NCBI GenBank assembly: GCA_900539605.1
Contig: UQCS01000002.1
Coordinates: 20,955 to 84,954, forward strand
Origin: an uncultured Azospirillum sp.
GTDB taxonomy: Bacteria > Pseudomonadota > Alphaproteobacteria > RF32 > CAG-239
DNA: 64,000 nt
Direction of reading: 5' to 3'
Part shown: piece after piece, positions 56,386-64,000 of the stretch
Position numbering within the stretch: the first letter of the stretch is position 1
How the letters are laid out: each line of letters opens with the position of its first letter
The notes under the pieces: generated by a model
The model's database searches: none
Told to the model about the DNA's origin: nothing
Seen by the model: only the letters and a program-made list of their open reading frames with translations
Position numbers and translations under genes: made by a program

Positions 56386-57267
56386 TTACTTTTCACACGC
56401 CAGCGCATAATTAACCCGCAGATAACCGTCTTCGCCGACCGTTACCGCATCCGGTTTAACATCACGCACTTCCTGAGCAATCAAACCGATCTGTGTCTGC
56501 GGCGAACCGATAAAATTAAAACGGTAAACCGTCAAACCGTTATCCAGCTGTCCGACCGGACTGATATTTTCCTTCAGACGCAGATCCGAAGACGCTGAGG
56601 CCAGCATCGCTATTGAATTCACAAGCTGTACCCCGTCTTTAAGAGTCAAACCTTGAGACGACCGTTGACTTTGATCGGTAATCTGATCCGAAGCCGCATT
56701 CCAGGCATCAAATTTATCCTTCTGCACCTGATATCCGCTGATGCTGTTCTGCAGGGACTGCAAAATCTCGCTCAGTGACAATTGACGGGCATTGTTGGTA
56801 AAGTTACCGGCCGTCACCATATCGTTCAAACTGTTTGAAAATGCATTCTGTCCCTGAATAATACTGTTGTAGGCCGCATTCTGCAACGCATCATACTGCG
56901 AGTCCTGCAAAGTAGAGAACGCATTCTGATAGGCATTGCTCCCCACTGCCAGCCCCTGATTTTGCAAACGGGTATTCAAATCCGCCGCATCAAGCGAGAA
57001 CTGCTTGTTCAATTTATCCGCGGCCTGGTTATATACGGCATTTTCCATACGCTGCCGGGCCTCATCCGAACCGTCCGCACTATAAACATAATTCGGCAGT
57101 TGAGAAGATAAGGCATAGGCGTTGTTGGCCACATTTTTATAAGTGTTGTCCACCGTCGAGGTGTCCAGCCCGTCAAGATAATTAGAAAATTTGCCGGCAG
57201 CCCAAAGAGCCTGCGGACGAGTGGTTACAGAACGTGAACTGTTACCGCCCCCAAAATTGTTAGACAT
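56386..57267 (-). CDS. fibre/needle-like protein with C-terminal peptidase S74 intramolecular chaperone domain
   Basis: Gln/Asn-rich helical N-terminal region of about 225 aa. C-terminus SSDLRLKENI...GLIAQEV....P.AV is the auto-cleaving chaperone signature. Confidence 0.7.
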   Translation of the reverse strand: MSNNFGGGNSSRSVTTRPQALWAAGKFSNYLDGLDTSTVDNTYKNVANNAYALSSQLPNYVYSADGSDEARQRMENAVYNQAADKLNKQFSLDAADLNTRLQNQGLAVGSNAYQNAFSTLQDSQYDALQNAAYNSIIQGQNAFSNSLNDMVTAGNFTNNARQLSLSEILQSLQNSISGYQVQKDKFDAWNAASDQITDQSQRSSQGLTLKDGVQLVNSIAMLASASSDLRLKENISPVGQLDNGLTVYRFNFIGSPQTQIGLIAQEVRDVKPDAVTVGEDGYLRVNYALACEK

Positions 57268-57718
57268 TGTTTTTCTCCTTTGTTTTAAAAAATTTACATT
57301 CGTTTTTCAACATGCCCAGAACGTACACGTCCCGGCCGTTTTCCCGATATTGCCGCATTTTTCCCTCTTTGCGAAAACCGACCCCGGTCGCCAGCCGAAG
57401 AGACGCCTGATTATCAACATCAATCAGTGCGTTCACTCTCCGACAGCCCCACAGATCAAAGACAATACCGAAAATTATTTTCAGCACCCGGCGGGTGCAC
57501 CAACGTTTATCGTCGGTATAAATGCTGAGCCATACATCATTTCCCGGTTTTAAAGCAGTGTATAAAATACCGCCCGCCATTTTCCCGTTGATCAAAAATC
57601 CCAGAGCGGCAGAATTCTCCGGATTTGCATCTTCCATTTCCAGTTTACCGGCAATCAGCTTGGCAATCCTGCCATCATCATCTATGACAATCTTACAAGA
57701 TTCCGCTGCCTTGTTCAT
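57260..57718 (-). CDS. GNAT family N-acetyltransferase (RimJ/RimL-like)
   Basis: 152 aa with VWLSIYTD...RRVNALIDVDNQASLRLATGVGFRKEGKMRQY, matching the GNAT A/B motif region. GGGAG SD. Overlaps both neighbours. Confidence 0.7.
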   Translation of the reverse strand: MNKAAESCKIVIDDDGRIAKLIAGKLEMEDANPENSAALGFLINGKMAGGILYTALKPGNDVWLSIYTDDKRWCTRRVLKIIFGIVFDLWGCRRVNALIDVDNQASLRLATGVGFRKEGKMRQYRENGRDVYVLGMLKNECKFFKTKEKNNV

Positions 57719-59264
57719 AACGTACTCCCGTATTATACCATTCCACCAAATTGCCACGTGTTTTGGTTTTAAACACAACCGCTCCTTTAAAACCGCTGGC
57801 ACTGCTACAGATCCACTGGTTATATACTGCTCCCTTCAAAGTGGCCCATTTGGTTCCGGTCGGCGAGGCCAACCGGCTCCACTTGGTTCTGATACCGCCT
57901 GACGACCACTTTGTCATCCCGGTATTGCCGATATTTTCAGCATAATTCTGTTCCGTATCGTCAAAATCGGTATCAACAAAGATATTAAGCGCAAACTGGG
58001 TCGAACTTTTGGTTCTCGGATTGATCATCTGAATTTTTTTCAAATTCTCATTGCCGAAATTCGAATAAGCCTGCCGGATATTTCCCAAAATATGCAACCC
58101 GTTATCCGAATACCCTTCGTCAAACAAATACACCCCGCTTGCCGAACCGAAATACAGCCTTCCGTTCAACAATCCCCAGCATAAAGAACGAATACCGGTA
58201 AAGCGGCACCACGCCCCCGAACTCAAATTAATAACATGCTGCTCAAACTGGCTGCGCACCGGCACATTAAACAAAGCATAACCGCCGCGCGGATAAATAA
58301 TTCCCTGCCACCCGGCCAGGCTTTTGTTGTCCTTAACCCTTTCCAGCACCAACCCGCGAATTTTGTCACTGTACGCCATGCCTGCCGTCCCGCCCTGAGC
58401 CAACGGCATCACCTGGGAAAGCGGGATATATCCGTCTTCGGAAATCATCACGACGTCGCCCTGATACTGGAACACACAGCGCCAACCGATCGGCCGGCTG
58501 ACATAATATTTTCCCTTCAGACTCCAGTCATTGGCATTTCCGGGATCGTTTCCGGCATAAACCAACACTTCACCTTCCGAGGTAATAAACAACGTCAGGT
58601 CATCAATTCCCTGTCCGCCGTCCTGAGTCCAGCAGGCAACGGCTTTCAAATGACCGCCGCGGGTTACCAAAGTCGAAAAATCCAGTTCGATCAGTTTTCC
58701 CTGCACCTCACCGGCATTTTCGGAGTACCAGCACTTCAAAGAATTGTGCTCAATATAAAACAACCGTTGTTTGGAAACCGCCACCGAAATCAGTTTGCGG
58801 GGATCAAGCCCGGTACCGCTGATTTCACAATTATGCCATCCCCATTCGCCGTTACTGTTGCGATGATAACTGACCGGCAGGTCATAACCGTTGCAAGCCA
58901 GCAACCGCTCCTTAAATTGTGCATGCTGCCATTTGTTGTTCAAATAACTGCTGCCGCTTTCCGTAACCGCTGTCGGCGTGGTTATATCCCATATTTTTCC
59001 GTCGCCACAGGCAAACAAACGATCCCCTTCGGAGTGGTGAAATTCCATCAGAGTTTCTATTGCTATACCGGTGTCATTAAGAGCATATGAACGATAGCCG
59101 CCGCGAAGACATACTTTGGTTTCCGACGGATAATAATTATCCATAACAATCGCATCGGTTTCGTTCATCATATCCAAACTGTCACGGGCATTAAGACCGC
59201 CGGTTGGCGCCGGAAGGGTATAGTTATAAGACCGCCATCCGCGGTTAACTGCTTGCTTTTCCAT
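57693..59264 (-). CDS. large virion protein (tail tubular/nozzle candidate), unknown family
   Basis: 523 aa, beta-rich and Gly/Trp/Tyr-rich. Position after the adaptor-like gene in a podovirus-type module. No motif recognised. Confidence 0.45.
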   Translation of the reverse strand: MEKQAVNRGWRSYNYTLPAPTGGLNARDSLDMMNETDAIVMDNYYPSETKVCLRGGYRSYALNDTGIAIETLMEFHHSEGDRLFACGDGKIWDITTPTAVTESGSSYLNNKWQHAQFKERLLACNGYDLPVSYHRNSNGEWGWHNCEISGTGLDPRKLISVAVSKQRLFYIEHNSLKCWYSENAGEVQGKLIELDFSTLVTRGGHLKAVACWTQDGGQGIDDLTLFITSEGEVLVYAGNDPGNANDWSLKGKYYVSRPIGWRCVFQYQGDVVMISEDGYIPLSQVMPLAQGGTAGMAYSDKIRGLVLERVKDNKSLAGWQGIIYPRGGYALFNVPVRSQFEQHVINLSSGAWCRFTGIRSLCWGLLNGRLYFGSASGVYLFDEGYSDNGLHILGNIRQAYSNFGNENLKKIQMINPRTKSSTQFALNIFVDTDFDDTEQNYAENIGNTGMTKWSSGGIRTKWSRLASPTGTKWATLKGAVYNQWICSSASGFKGAVVFKTKTRGNLVEWYNTGVRYEQGSGIL

Positions 59265-59958
59265 GAATAATCACTCCTGAACTGGTTAAATCCGTTACCA
59301 AACCGCCGGCAAGATTGATGTCACGGGTCGCCAGCGTCGCCCCAAAGCGTTTTCGGCATTCTTTTTCATACTCATTGTATTCTTCTTCGTAGCTTTGACC
59401 GTTTCTTGCCTGCAACCGCCACCGAATGGCCAACTTGACCAAATATTCGTCAAACACCGGAATATCGGTGTCCTCGGAGAGTTCTGTTTTTTCGGTAAAC
59501 ATTTGCCGGTCATACGCAATAACGGCCGAACGATACTGAAAAGCGATTCTTATATCTCCCGGCGGCGGCGTTAAAAAGCGAAACATCGAATTCTGAATTT
59601 TAAACTTAATTTCGCCGCTGTTGTCATGAAAATATTTTTCCCGCTGCCACTGCTCGGGCGTTACCGCACCGATCAGTTTTTCGGCACCATCGCGAATATA
59701 AACGGTATTATTCAATAACTGATAAAAATCCGGACAAAAATCACAAATCGGATAATCACTCTTGCCGGCTACCGTTCTTAAAACACCGTCCTTGGTCAGT
59801 TCCTGCCAGTCGCCGTAACGCAACAAACCGTTCAGAGCATCATTTGCCACACTCAAAAAAATCTTTTCGTTTTGTCCGGCATTTTTAAACAAACTTGTCG
59901 GCGCCTGCACACAGGCAACCGCCGCCACGTCTTGACAAATCTGTAATATGTTTTTCAT
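59245..59958 (-). CDS. virion protein (head-tail adaptor / tail tubular A candidate)
   Basis: 237 aa. Assigned by position and size only. 20-nt overlap with the downstream gene and 4-nt overlap with the upstream gene. Confidence 0.4.
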   Translation of the reverse strand: MKNILQICQDVAAVACVQAPTSLFKNAGQNEKIFLSVANDALNGLLRYGDWQELTKDGVLRTVAGKSDYPICDFCPDFYQLLNNTVYIRDGAEKLIGAVTPEQWQREKYFHDNSGEIKFKIQNSMFRFLTPPPGDIRIAFQYRSAVIAYDRQMFTEKTELSEDTDIPVFDEYLVKLAIRWRLQARNGQSYEEEYNEYEKECRKRFGATLATRDINLAGGLVTDLTSSGVIIHGKASS

Positions 59959-60530
59959 TTTTTTCTCCTGCTGCTTTTCTTTTCAACCGCGGCCGTGTCC
60001 TTCTGTTTCTTAAGTTCGGCAACCTGTTCTTCCAAATACCTAATCCGATCCAAATATTGCTCTTCTTTTTGCTGCCACTGCTTAAGCGAGAGGTTGTTCT
60101 TAGCCTGCTGCAAAAACTTCTGGGCCAAATGTCGTTCATCGGCAATTCCCAGTTGCGCCGCTTTGTCTTCGGGCATCTCGTTCAAAGCTTCCACCGTAAA
60201 AATCCCGTGTACTTTCAGCGTTTCCACTTCAGCCCGGTTCAAAAAGGCAAATTGTTCCAGCGGGGTTCCTTCCACCACTTGTTTCTTACCCAGCTGATAA
60301 CGGGCATACTCGACCGGAAAACGCCGGATTTTTTCCGCCGTCGCCGGCTGATCGTAAACTTCGGAATTATTGTCCTTAATCCTGATCTCGCAAAAACAGG
60401 CCAGTCTGAATTTCGGCAGCCCGTTTGCCCCCACTTCACCGGTCTTCACCGCCCGGTCATAAAAGCGGGCAACCACGCCTTCTTCGCTGCAACTGTTATT
60501 TGCAATTCTTTCAAACATCGCAAAATCCAT
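59955..60530 (-). CDS. phage protein with helix-hairpin-helix-like segment and basic coiled-coil tail
   Basis: 191 aa. GIFTVEALNEMPEDKAAQLG resembles an HhH segment. C-terminus is a coiled coil ending KKSSRRKK. AGGAGAAAAAA precedes the ATG. Confidence 0.5.
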   Translation of the reverse strand: MDFAMFERIANNSCSEEGVVARFYDRAVKTGEVGANGLPKFRLACFCEIRIKDNNSEVYDQPATAEKIRRFPVEYARYQLGKKQVVEGTPLEQFAFLNRAEVETLKVHGIFTVEALNEMPEDKAAQLGIADERHLAQKFLQQAKNNLSLKQWQQKEEQYLDRIRYLEEQVAELKKQKDTAAVEKKSSRRKK

Positions 60531-60543
60531 TTTTTTCTCCTAA

Positions 60544-60602
60544 ACAAAAAAGCGGCAATTTTGCCGCAATAATTAAAAAAATGCAGGCAACTCATTACCT
60601 GC
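60544..60602 (-). terminator. two tandem rho-independent terminators
   Basis: On the minus strand: GCAGGTAA-TGAG-TTGCCTGC then ATTTTTTT (60574-60602), and GCGGCA-AAAT-TGCCGC then TTTTTT (60544-60567). Confidence 0.6.
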
Positions 60603-60641
60603 CGCTTTCAAAACTCCTATTTTAACCGTAATCGGTTTTTA

Positions 60642-60667
60642 CAATTTATAATAGAAATTATAAATTG
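60642..60667. repeat. perfect 11-bp inverted repeat CAATTTATAAT-AGAA-ATTATAAATTG
   Basis: Read directly from the sequence. Contains TATAAT on both strands. Lies in the non-coding gap after the capsid gene. Confidence 0.8.
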
Positions 60668-60811
60668 CTTCTCCGCTATACCGCATATCACTGTTCACAC
60701 TTCAATCAGACAGTTTTCAATCCGAGTCCTATATTCTCCGCCAATCTGTGTCCCGTAAATCTGTAGCAGCTTCCTCCTCATATCACGACAACCGCCTTTA
60801 AAATCTCATCA

Positions 60812-60847
60812 ATATAAAAAGAAAGCCCGGCTAACCCGGGCTTTCTC
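60812..60847 (-). terminator. rho-independent terminator after the major capsid gene
   Basis: GAAAGCCCGG-GTTAG-CCGGGCTTTC followed by TTTTTAT on the minus strand, 30 nt after the capsid stop. Confidence 0.75.
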
Positions 60848-60876
60848 CTCTACCATTACACCGTTTTTTTACATCC

Positions 60877-61893
60877 CTATTCCGGATTGCTTTCTGTTTT
60901 GGTTTCAGCATCAGCAGAATCATCAGCGGATTTATCAATCAAAACCCCCTGCAAAGCGGCATTAGACATTGTCATATTGCCGGCCCAGCCAACGATCTTA
61001 TAAATCGCGTCCTGATTAACCGCCATCCGGTCACCGCCGATTACTTTCATATCACGATCCTTATGGGTACGCAGATAAATGTAGTTCGTATTCAGGAAAT
61101 ACATTTTGTCATCCGGACAATTACCGCCCTGACCGCCATCAAACACTACATCGGCGCCTTTATAACGCAGAGAAGTAAACCCGGCTTCTGCCAGTTTCGG
61201 TTCGGTATAACGCTGCAAAGCCGTCAAAGACTGTTCAAAATTGACATACATGTTGTTGCCGGCAATAATCAGATCCGGTTTGTCCGAACCACGACACAGC
61301 GACAGAAACATTTTATCCATTGCCGGGCGCAGGGTTTCGGCCGTAAAAGCCGTGGTTGCCATCACCGACTTGTTACGCCAGAATTCGTTGCCCGAAGTTG
61401 CACGGTTAATTCCGCCCACCGTACCGGTCTCCGGTGCATCGGCCACCAACAGGGCCAAACCGCCGATTGCTTTGCCGCCGGCAGCGGTACCGTCGCCGTA
61501 TACGGCCTCGGACATCTTGTTGCACATGGTTTTCTGAGCGTTGTCAATTCGTTTTTCAAACAAATCCATTACCTGATATTTACCCGAGTTCTTCAACATA
61601 TCTTCACCCGAAACCGCAACCGGAACCGCGCATAGTTTCAGACTGTATTCGGCAGCGGTAAACAGCTGTTTCGGCGTATACTGAATCGAATCATAACCCG
61701 AATACCAGCTCATATCGCCCTGACCATATTCCAGTTCTTCCAAAATTTTGGAACCGCCGTGAATCACACGATTGTGCCCTTTGGCTCGCAGACGATTCAA
61801 AAGCGCATTGTTGCTGGAAACGGCATCGGCAATCTGGCCGCTGCGGTTTTCCAAAGTGAACGTAAAAATTTCATTATAGTTTTGATTAGCCAT
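60877..61893 (-). CDS. major capsid protein (HK97-fold candidate)
   Basis: 338 aa directly downstream of the scaffold-like gene and followed by a strong terminator. Sequence resembles podoviral capsid proteins I remember (Y.GYD........FT.AEY......V.VSGED), but this is unverified. Confidence 0.7.
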   Translation of the reverse strand: MANQNYNEIFTFTLENRSGQIADAVSSNNALLNRLRAKGHNRVIHGGSKILEELEYGQGDMSWYSGYDSIQYTPKQLFTAAEYSLKLCAVPVAVSGEDMLKNSGKYQVMDLFEKRIDNAQKTMCNKMSEAVYGDGTAAGGKAIGGLALLVADAPETGTVGGINRATSGNEFWRNKSVMATTAFTAETLRPAMDKMFLSLCRGSDKPDLIIAGNNMYVNFEQSLTALQRYTEPKLAEAGFTSLRYKGADVVFDGGQGGNCPDDKMYFLNTNYIYLRTHKDRDMKVIGGDRMAVNQDAIYKIVGWAGNMTMSNAALQGVLIDKSADDSADAETKTESNPE

Positions 61894-61949
61894 TTTATTT
61901 TTCCTTTATAAAAAATGATTTAATAGATTGTTGTTTCATAATTATTTGT

Positions 61950-62636
61950 TTAATCTTCCAATTCGGCGAATTTTCTTTCCAAAATCTGACGAGTCGTCAG
62001 ATTTTCCAAACCACCCGGCGCCGCCGCTTTGCCTTGCGGCGAAAAACCGGCAGCCTTTGCCTTGCGGGCGGCTTCCGCTGCGGCGGCAGTTTCCGCATAC
62101 CGGCGTTCACGTTCGTCAAAACGTTGCTGCAACCGGCGCAAACTTTCCGTCAACAGGGCAATTTTAAATTCGCTAATTTCCGAGGCACGATCCGTTTTTC
62201 CCGCAAAATCAGATTCAACACCATACGCCTTGGCCAAATGGTGCAAGGTTTCGCGCGGTGAAGCTTCCAACATTTCTTCGGCAAAAATCAGCTTCTCAAT
62301 CCAGTCACGCGCCGACTTAAAACCGTGTCGGCACCCTTTGGTCGAAAAAGCTTCATCTAAAAAACGTTTAGCCTGCAGTTCATTGTTGAGTCTGGAAAAA
62401 GCTCTTTCAATCTCGCTCTCCCGTTCATACAGATAACGCCTCATAACGGGCGGAAGAGATTTAAAAATTTCCCAATACTCTTTCTTATAAGAAGGCGGTG
62501 CCTGCAAATATTCATCTGCATCCATCAGCTCTTCTTCCATTTCCGGACTTTGCGGATAATCCGCCGAAGCCGGTCCTAAATTCTCATATTTCTCAAACTG
62601 TTCCTCCAGGAACCGTCTGGTGTCACTTTTTTGCAT
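61950..62636 (-). CDS. scaffolding protein candidate
   Basis: 228 aa, highly charged and helical, lying between portal and capsid. AAGGAG 8 nt upstream of the ATG at 62636. Confidence 0.6.
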   Translation of the reverse strand: MQKSDTRRFLEEQFEKYENLGPASADYPQSPEMEEELMDADEYLQAPPSYKKEYWEIFKSLPPVMRRYLYERESEIERAFSRLNNELQAKRFLDEAFSTKGCRHGFKSARDWIEKLIFAEEMLEASPRETLHHLAKAYGVESDFAGKTDRASEISEFKIALLTESLRRLQQRFDERERRYAETAAAAEAARKAKAAGFSPQGKAAAPGGLENLTTRQILERKFAELED

Positions 62637-62859
62637 ACCATATACTCCTTTTATAATTACGAATAAACTCTGCCCACAGATCCTTGCGCAAAGCCCGTTC
62701 ATTATTAAGACGCACTTCTTTGCGAAATTCGTCCGAATAATCTCCTGCCAAGGCAAGATTGTTTGCCTTTAAAAAACGATCGACATCCTGCTGGCAGGAT
62801 GCCGTAGAACCGTCCGGAAGCACAATCTCTTCCGTCCACTGCTTGTTAAAGTAGGTCAC
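62623..62859 (-). CDS. small phage protein, unknown function
   Basis: 78 aa. 4-nt overlap with the portal end and 14-nt overlap with the scaffold start. Confidence 0.5.
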   Translation of the reverse strand: MTYFNKQWTEEIVLPDGSTASCQQDVDRFLKANNLALAGDYSDEFRKEVRLNNERALRKDLWAEFIRNYKRSIWYAKK

Positions 62860-64000
62860 CGTCTCACCTCTCCTTTCGCCTCCAGTTCAAGCTTTTGTGT
62901 CTTGATCATCGTTTCCGCCGCCAGCTGACGGTTTTCCAGATCAATCCGTTGTTGTTCAAGCCTCTCTTTCACTTCAAGCTCTTTGGCTTTTAACTGGTTT
63001 TTCTGCAATTCGATCGTTAAGATCGGGTTTTCTTGCGGCTGCTGAAGAGCTGCCTGCTGTTGTTGCTGTTCCTGTGCTTTCTGCTGTTGTTCCAAAAATA
63101 CCGAAACGTCGGCAAACACTTTTTCCAGCATATTCTCAAAAACCCGGCCGCGCGGCAGCGTATCCACCACTACTTCAATCATGGTTTTATACAGCGGCAG
63201 CAACAACGGCTGCTGAGTAACCGTGGTCAGCGCCGTCATCACCATTTCATTAATCGTCTTCACCGCCATTATCGCCCGGTTGCTTTCTTCATCACGGTTA
63301 AACACCGCGTCGGTCTCAATGCTGAAAACCATTCCGCGCAGCTTTTCGGTTTTCAGAATATTCACCGCCGCATCCACGGTCTGTACATCCTGACGTTTGG
63401 CCTCATCCAAAAAACCTGCCAAACGCTCCGGCTCAAACATTTCACAGATAATTTCAGCCTTAATCCGCAACAAATCACGAATAAAGCGCTGCATGTCATT
63501 CTGCCGATCCTGATTACGCAAAGTGCCGAAGTTGGTCTTCTTAATCACCGCCGTCGCCGTATCACTCTCATTGGAATTTCCGCGCATAATGTCACTCACG
63601 CCAGTAACGTCAAAAATACTGGCAATCACTTCCTGTCGCCGCAACGCCAATTGCTCCAGCGCTGTCACATACTGCTCAATCGGCGCAAAATCGACAATTC
63701 CGCGAATACCTCCCGATTCCCGTAGTTTCACAAAATCGCTTACCGCCACCAGCGTGACATCTTTACTCAAAATATCCGCCAACTCAGGAAAGGCGTTATC
63801 ATAAGCACCGCTCACTTTTAATGCCTGCATTGTCAGCTTCATTCGCGAATTAATGCCATTCAATTCATTCAGCATCTCCCGAATCATGCAATAATCCGGC
63901 ACCGGAATAATGCTATCGTTGGTGGCAGTAGCGTAAATCGGCTTCGGACAAGGAAAAAAACCGTTGATATTCAACAAATTTTCCCCAACTTTCAAAAAGC
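62856..64000 (-). CDS. portal protein, C-terminal part (5' end outside window)
   Basis: IFDVTGVSDIMRGNSNESDTATA is a portal-like core motif. Gln-rich coiled-coil C-terminus. The frame is open to the window edge. Confidence 0.75.
   Translation of the reverse strand, partial: FLKVGENLLNINGFFPCPKPIYATATNDSIIPVPDYCMIREMLNELNGINSRMKLTMQALKVSGAYDNAFPELADILSKDVTLVAVSDFVKLRESGGIRGIVDFAPIEQYVTALEQLALRRQEVIASIFDVTGVSDIMRGNSNESDTATAVIKKTNFGTLRNQDRQNDMQRFIRDLLRIKAEIICEMFEPERLAGFLDEAKRQDVQTVDAAVNILKTEKLRGMVFSIETDAVFNRDEESNRAIMAVKTINEMVMTALTTVTQQPLLLPLYKTMIEVVVDTLPRGRVFENMLEKVFADVSVFLEQQQKAQEQQQQQAALQQPQENPILTIELQKNQLKAKELEVKERLEQQRIDLENRQLAAETMIKTQKLELEAKGEVRR

Larger units (their letters stand above)
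51732..64000 (-). mobile_element. prophage, late (virion plus lysis) region, podovirus-like; continues beyond the right edge
   Basis: Uninterrupted minus-strand block: portal, scaffold, capsid, virion proteins, fibres/spike, fibre chaperone, endolysin, spanins. No tape-measure, tube or sheath genes. Confidence 0.85.

Noticed and set aside
54060-57267. Diversity-generating retroelement targeting the fibre genes
   Set aside because: There is no reverse transcriptase ORF, no template/variable repeat pair that I could see, and no C-type-lectin-like tip. The similarity between the two fibres is confined to the conserved collar domain.
60695-60781. 28-aa minus-strand ORF (MRRKLLQIYGTQIGGEYRTRIENCLIEV) in the post-capsid gap
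   Set aside because: It has no SD and no hydrophobic or otherwise recognisable character. It is mentioned only as a possibility under the non-coding-segment finding.
1-64000. Searched for CRISPR arrays, IS/transposase, integrase, rRNA, retron or group II intron features
   Set aside because: I saw no regularly spaced direct repeats, no transposase, integrase or reverse transcriptase-like translations, and no rRNA-like sequence. The only mobile element is the prophage segment, whose integration module must lie outside the window.

Overview
Annotated from the ORF track and my own reading only, with no database searches. Product calls rest on motifs visible in the translations and on remembered family signatures. 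Bases 1-51.65 kb look like conserved chromosomal backbone. The run miaB-phoH-ybeY-corC-lnt-XRE-metK-trmB, a DUF1150 gene and the infA sequence suggest (inference) an alphaproteobacterium. Rnf, QueH and a U32 peptidase suggest an anaerobic lifestyle. The backbone carries: an alpha-2-macroglobulin/PBP1C pair, galE-ugd, an Slt operon, folD-yggU-yggT, tRNA-modification genes (miaB, trmB, queH, mnmA), dsbD, an apbE-rseC-rnfBCDGEA cluster, two tRNA genes (CAT and CTT anticodons), a nonsense-interrupted aspartate-racemase-family gene, and a U32-peptidase/ABC-exporter operon. From 51.73 kb to the right edge every gene is on the minus strand. This stretch reads as the late region of a podovirus-like prophage: portal, scaffold, capsid, virion proteins, three fibre/spike proteins, a fibre chaperone and a lysis cassette with overlapped spanins. 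The element continues beyond the window. I saw no rRNA, CRISPR array, transposase or integrase. I did not find one compelling novel multi-gene system. The best candidates for follow-up are: (1) the atypical phage lysis cassette with extra membrane proteins, including an untracked 51-aa ORF; (2) a GNAT gene wedged into the tail module; (3) a 346-bp non-coding, triple-terminator segment after the capsid gene; (4) a TerB-like plus acidic-protein gene pair; (5) an orphan protein with a nucleoside-diphosphate-kinase-like motif next to an AT-rich islet of tiny membrane proteins; (6) two unknown secreted, possibly paralogous proteins co-operonic with Slt. Many start codons were moved downstream of the ORF-track starts, because the track uses alternative starts and longest ORFs. 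All starts and all promoter and terminator coordinates are predictions.
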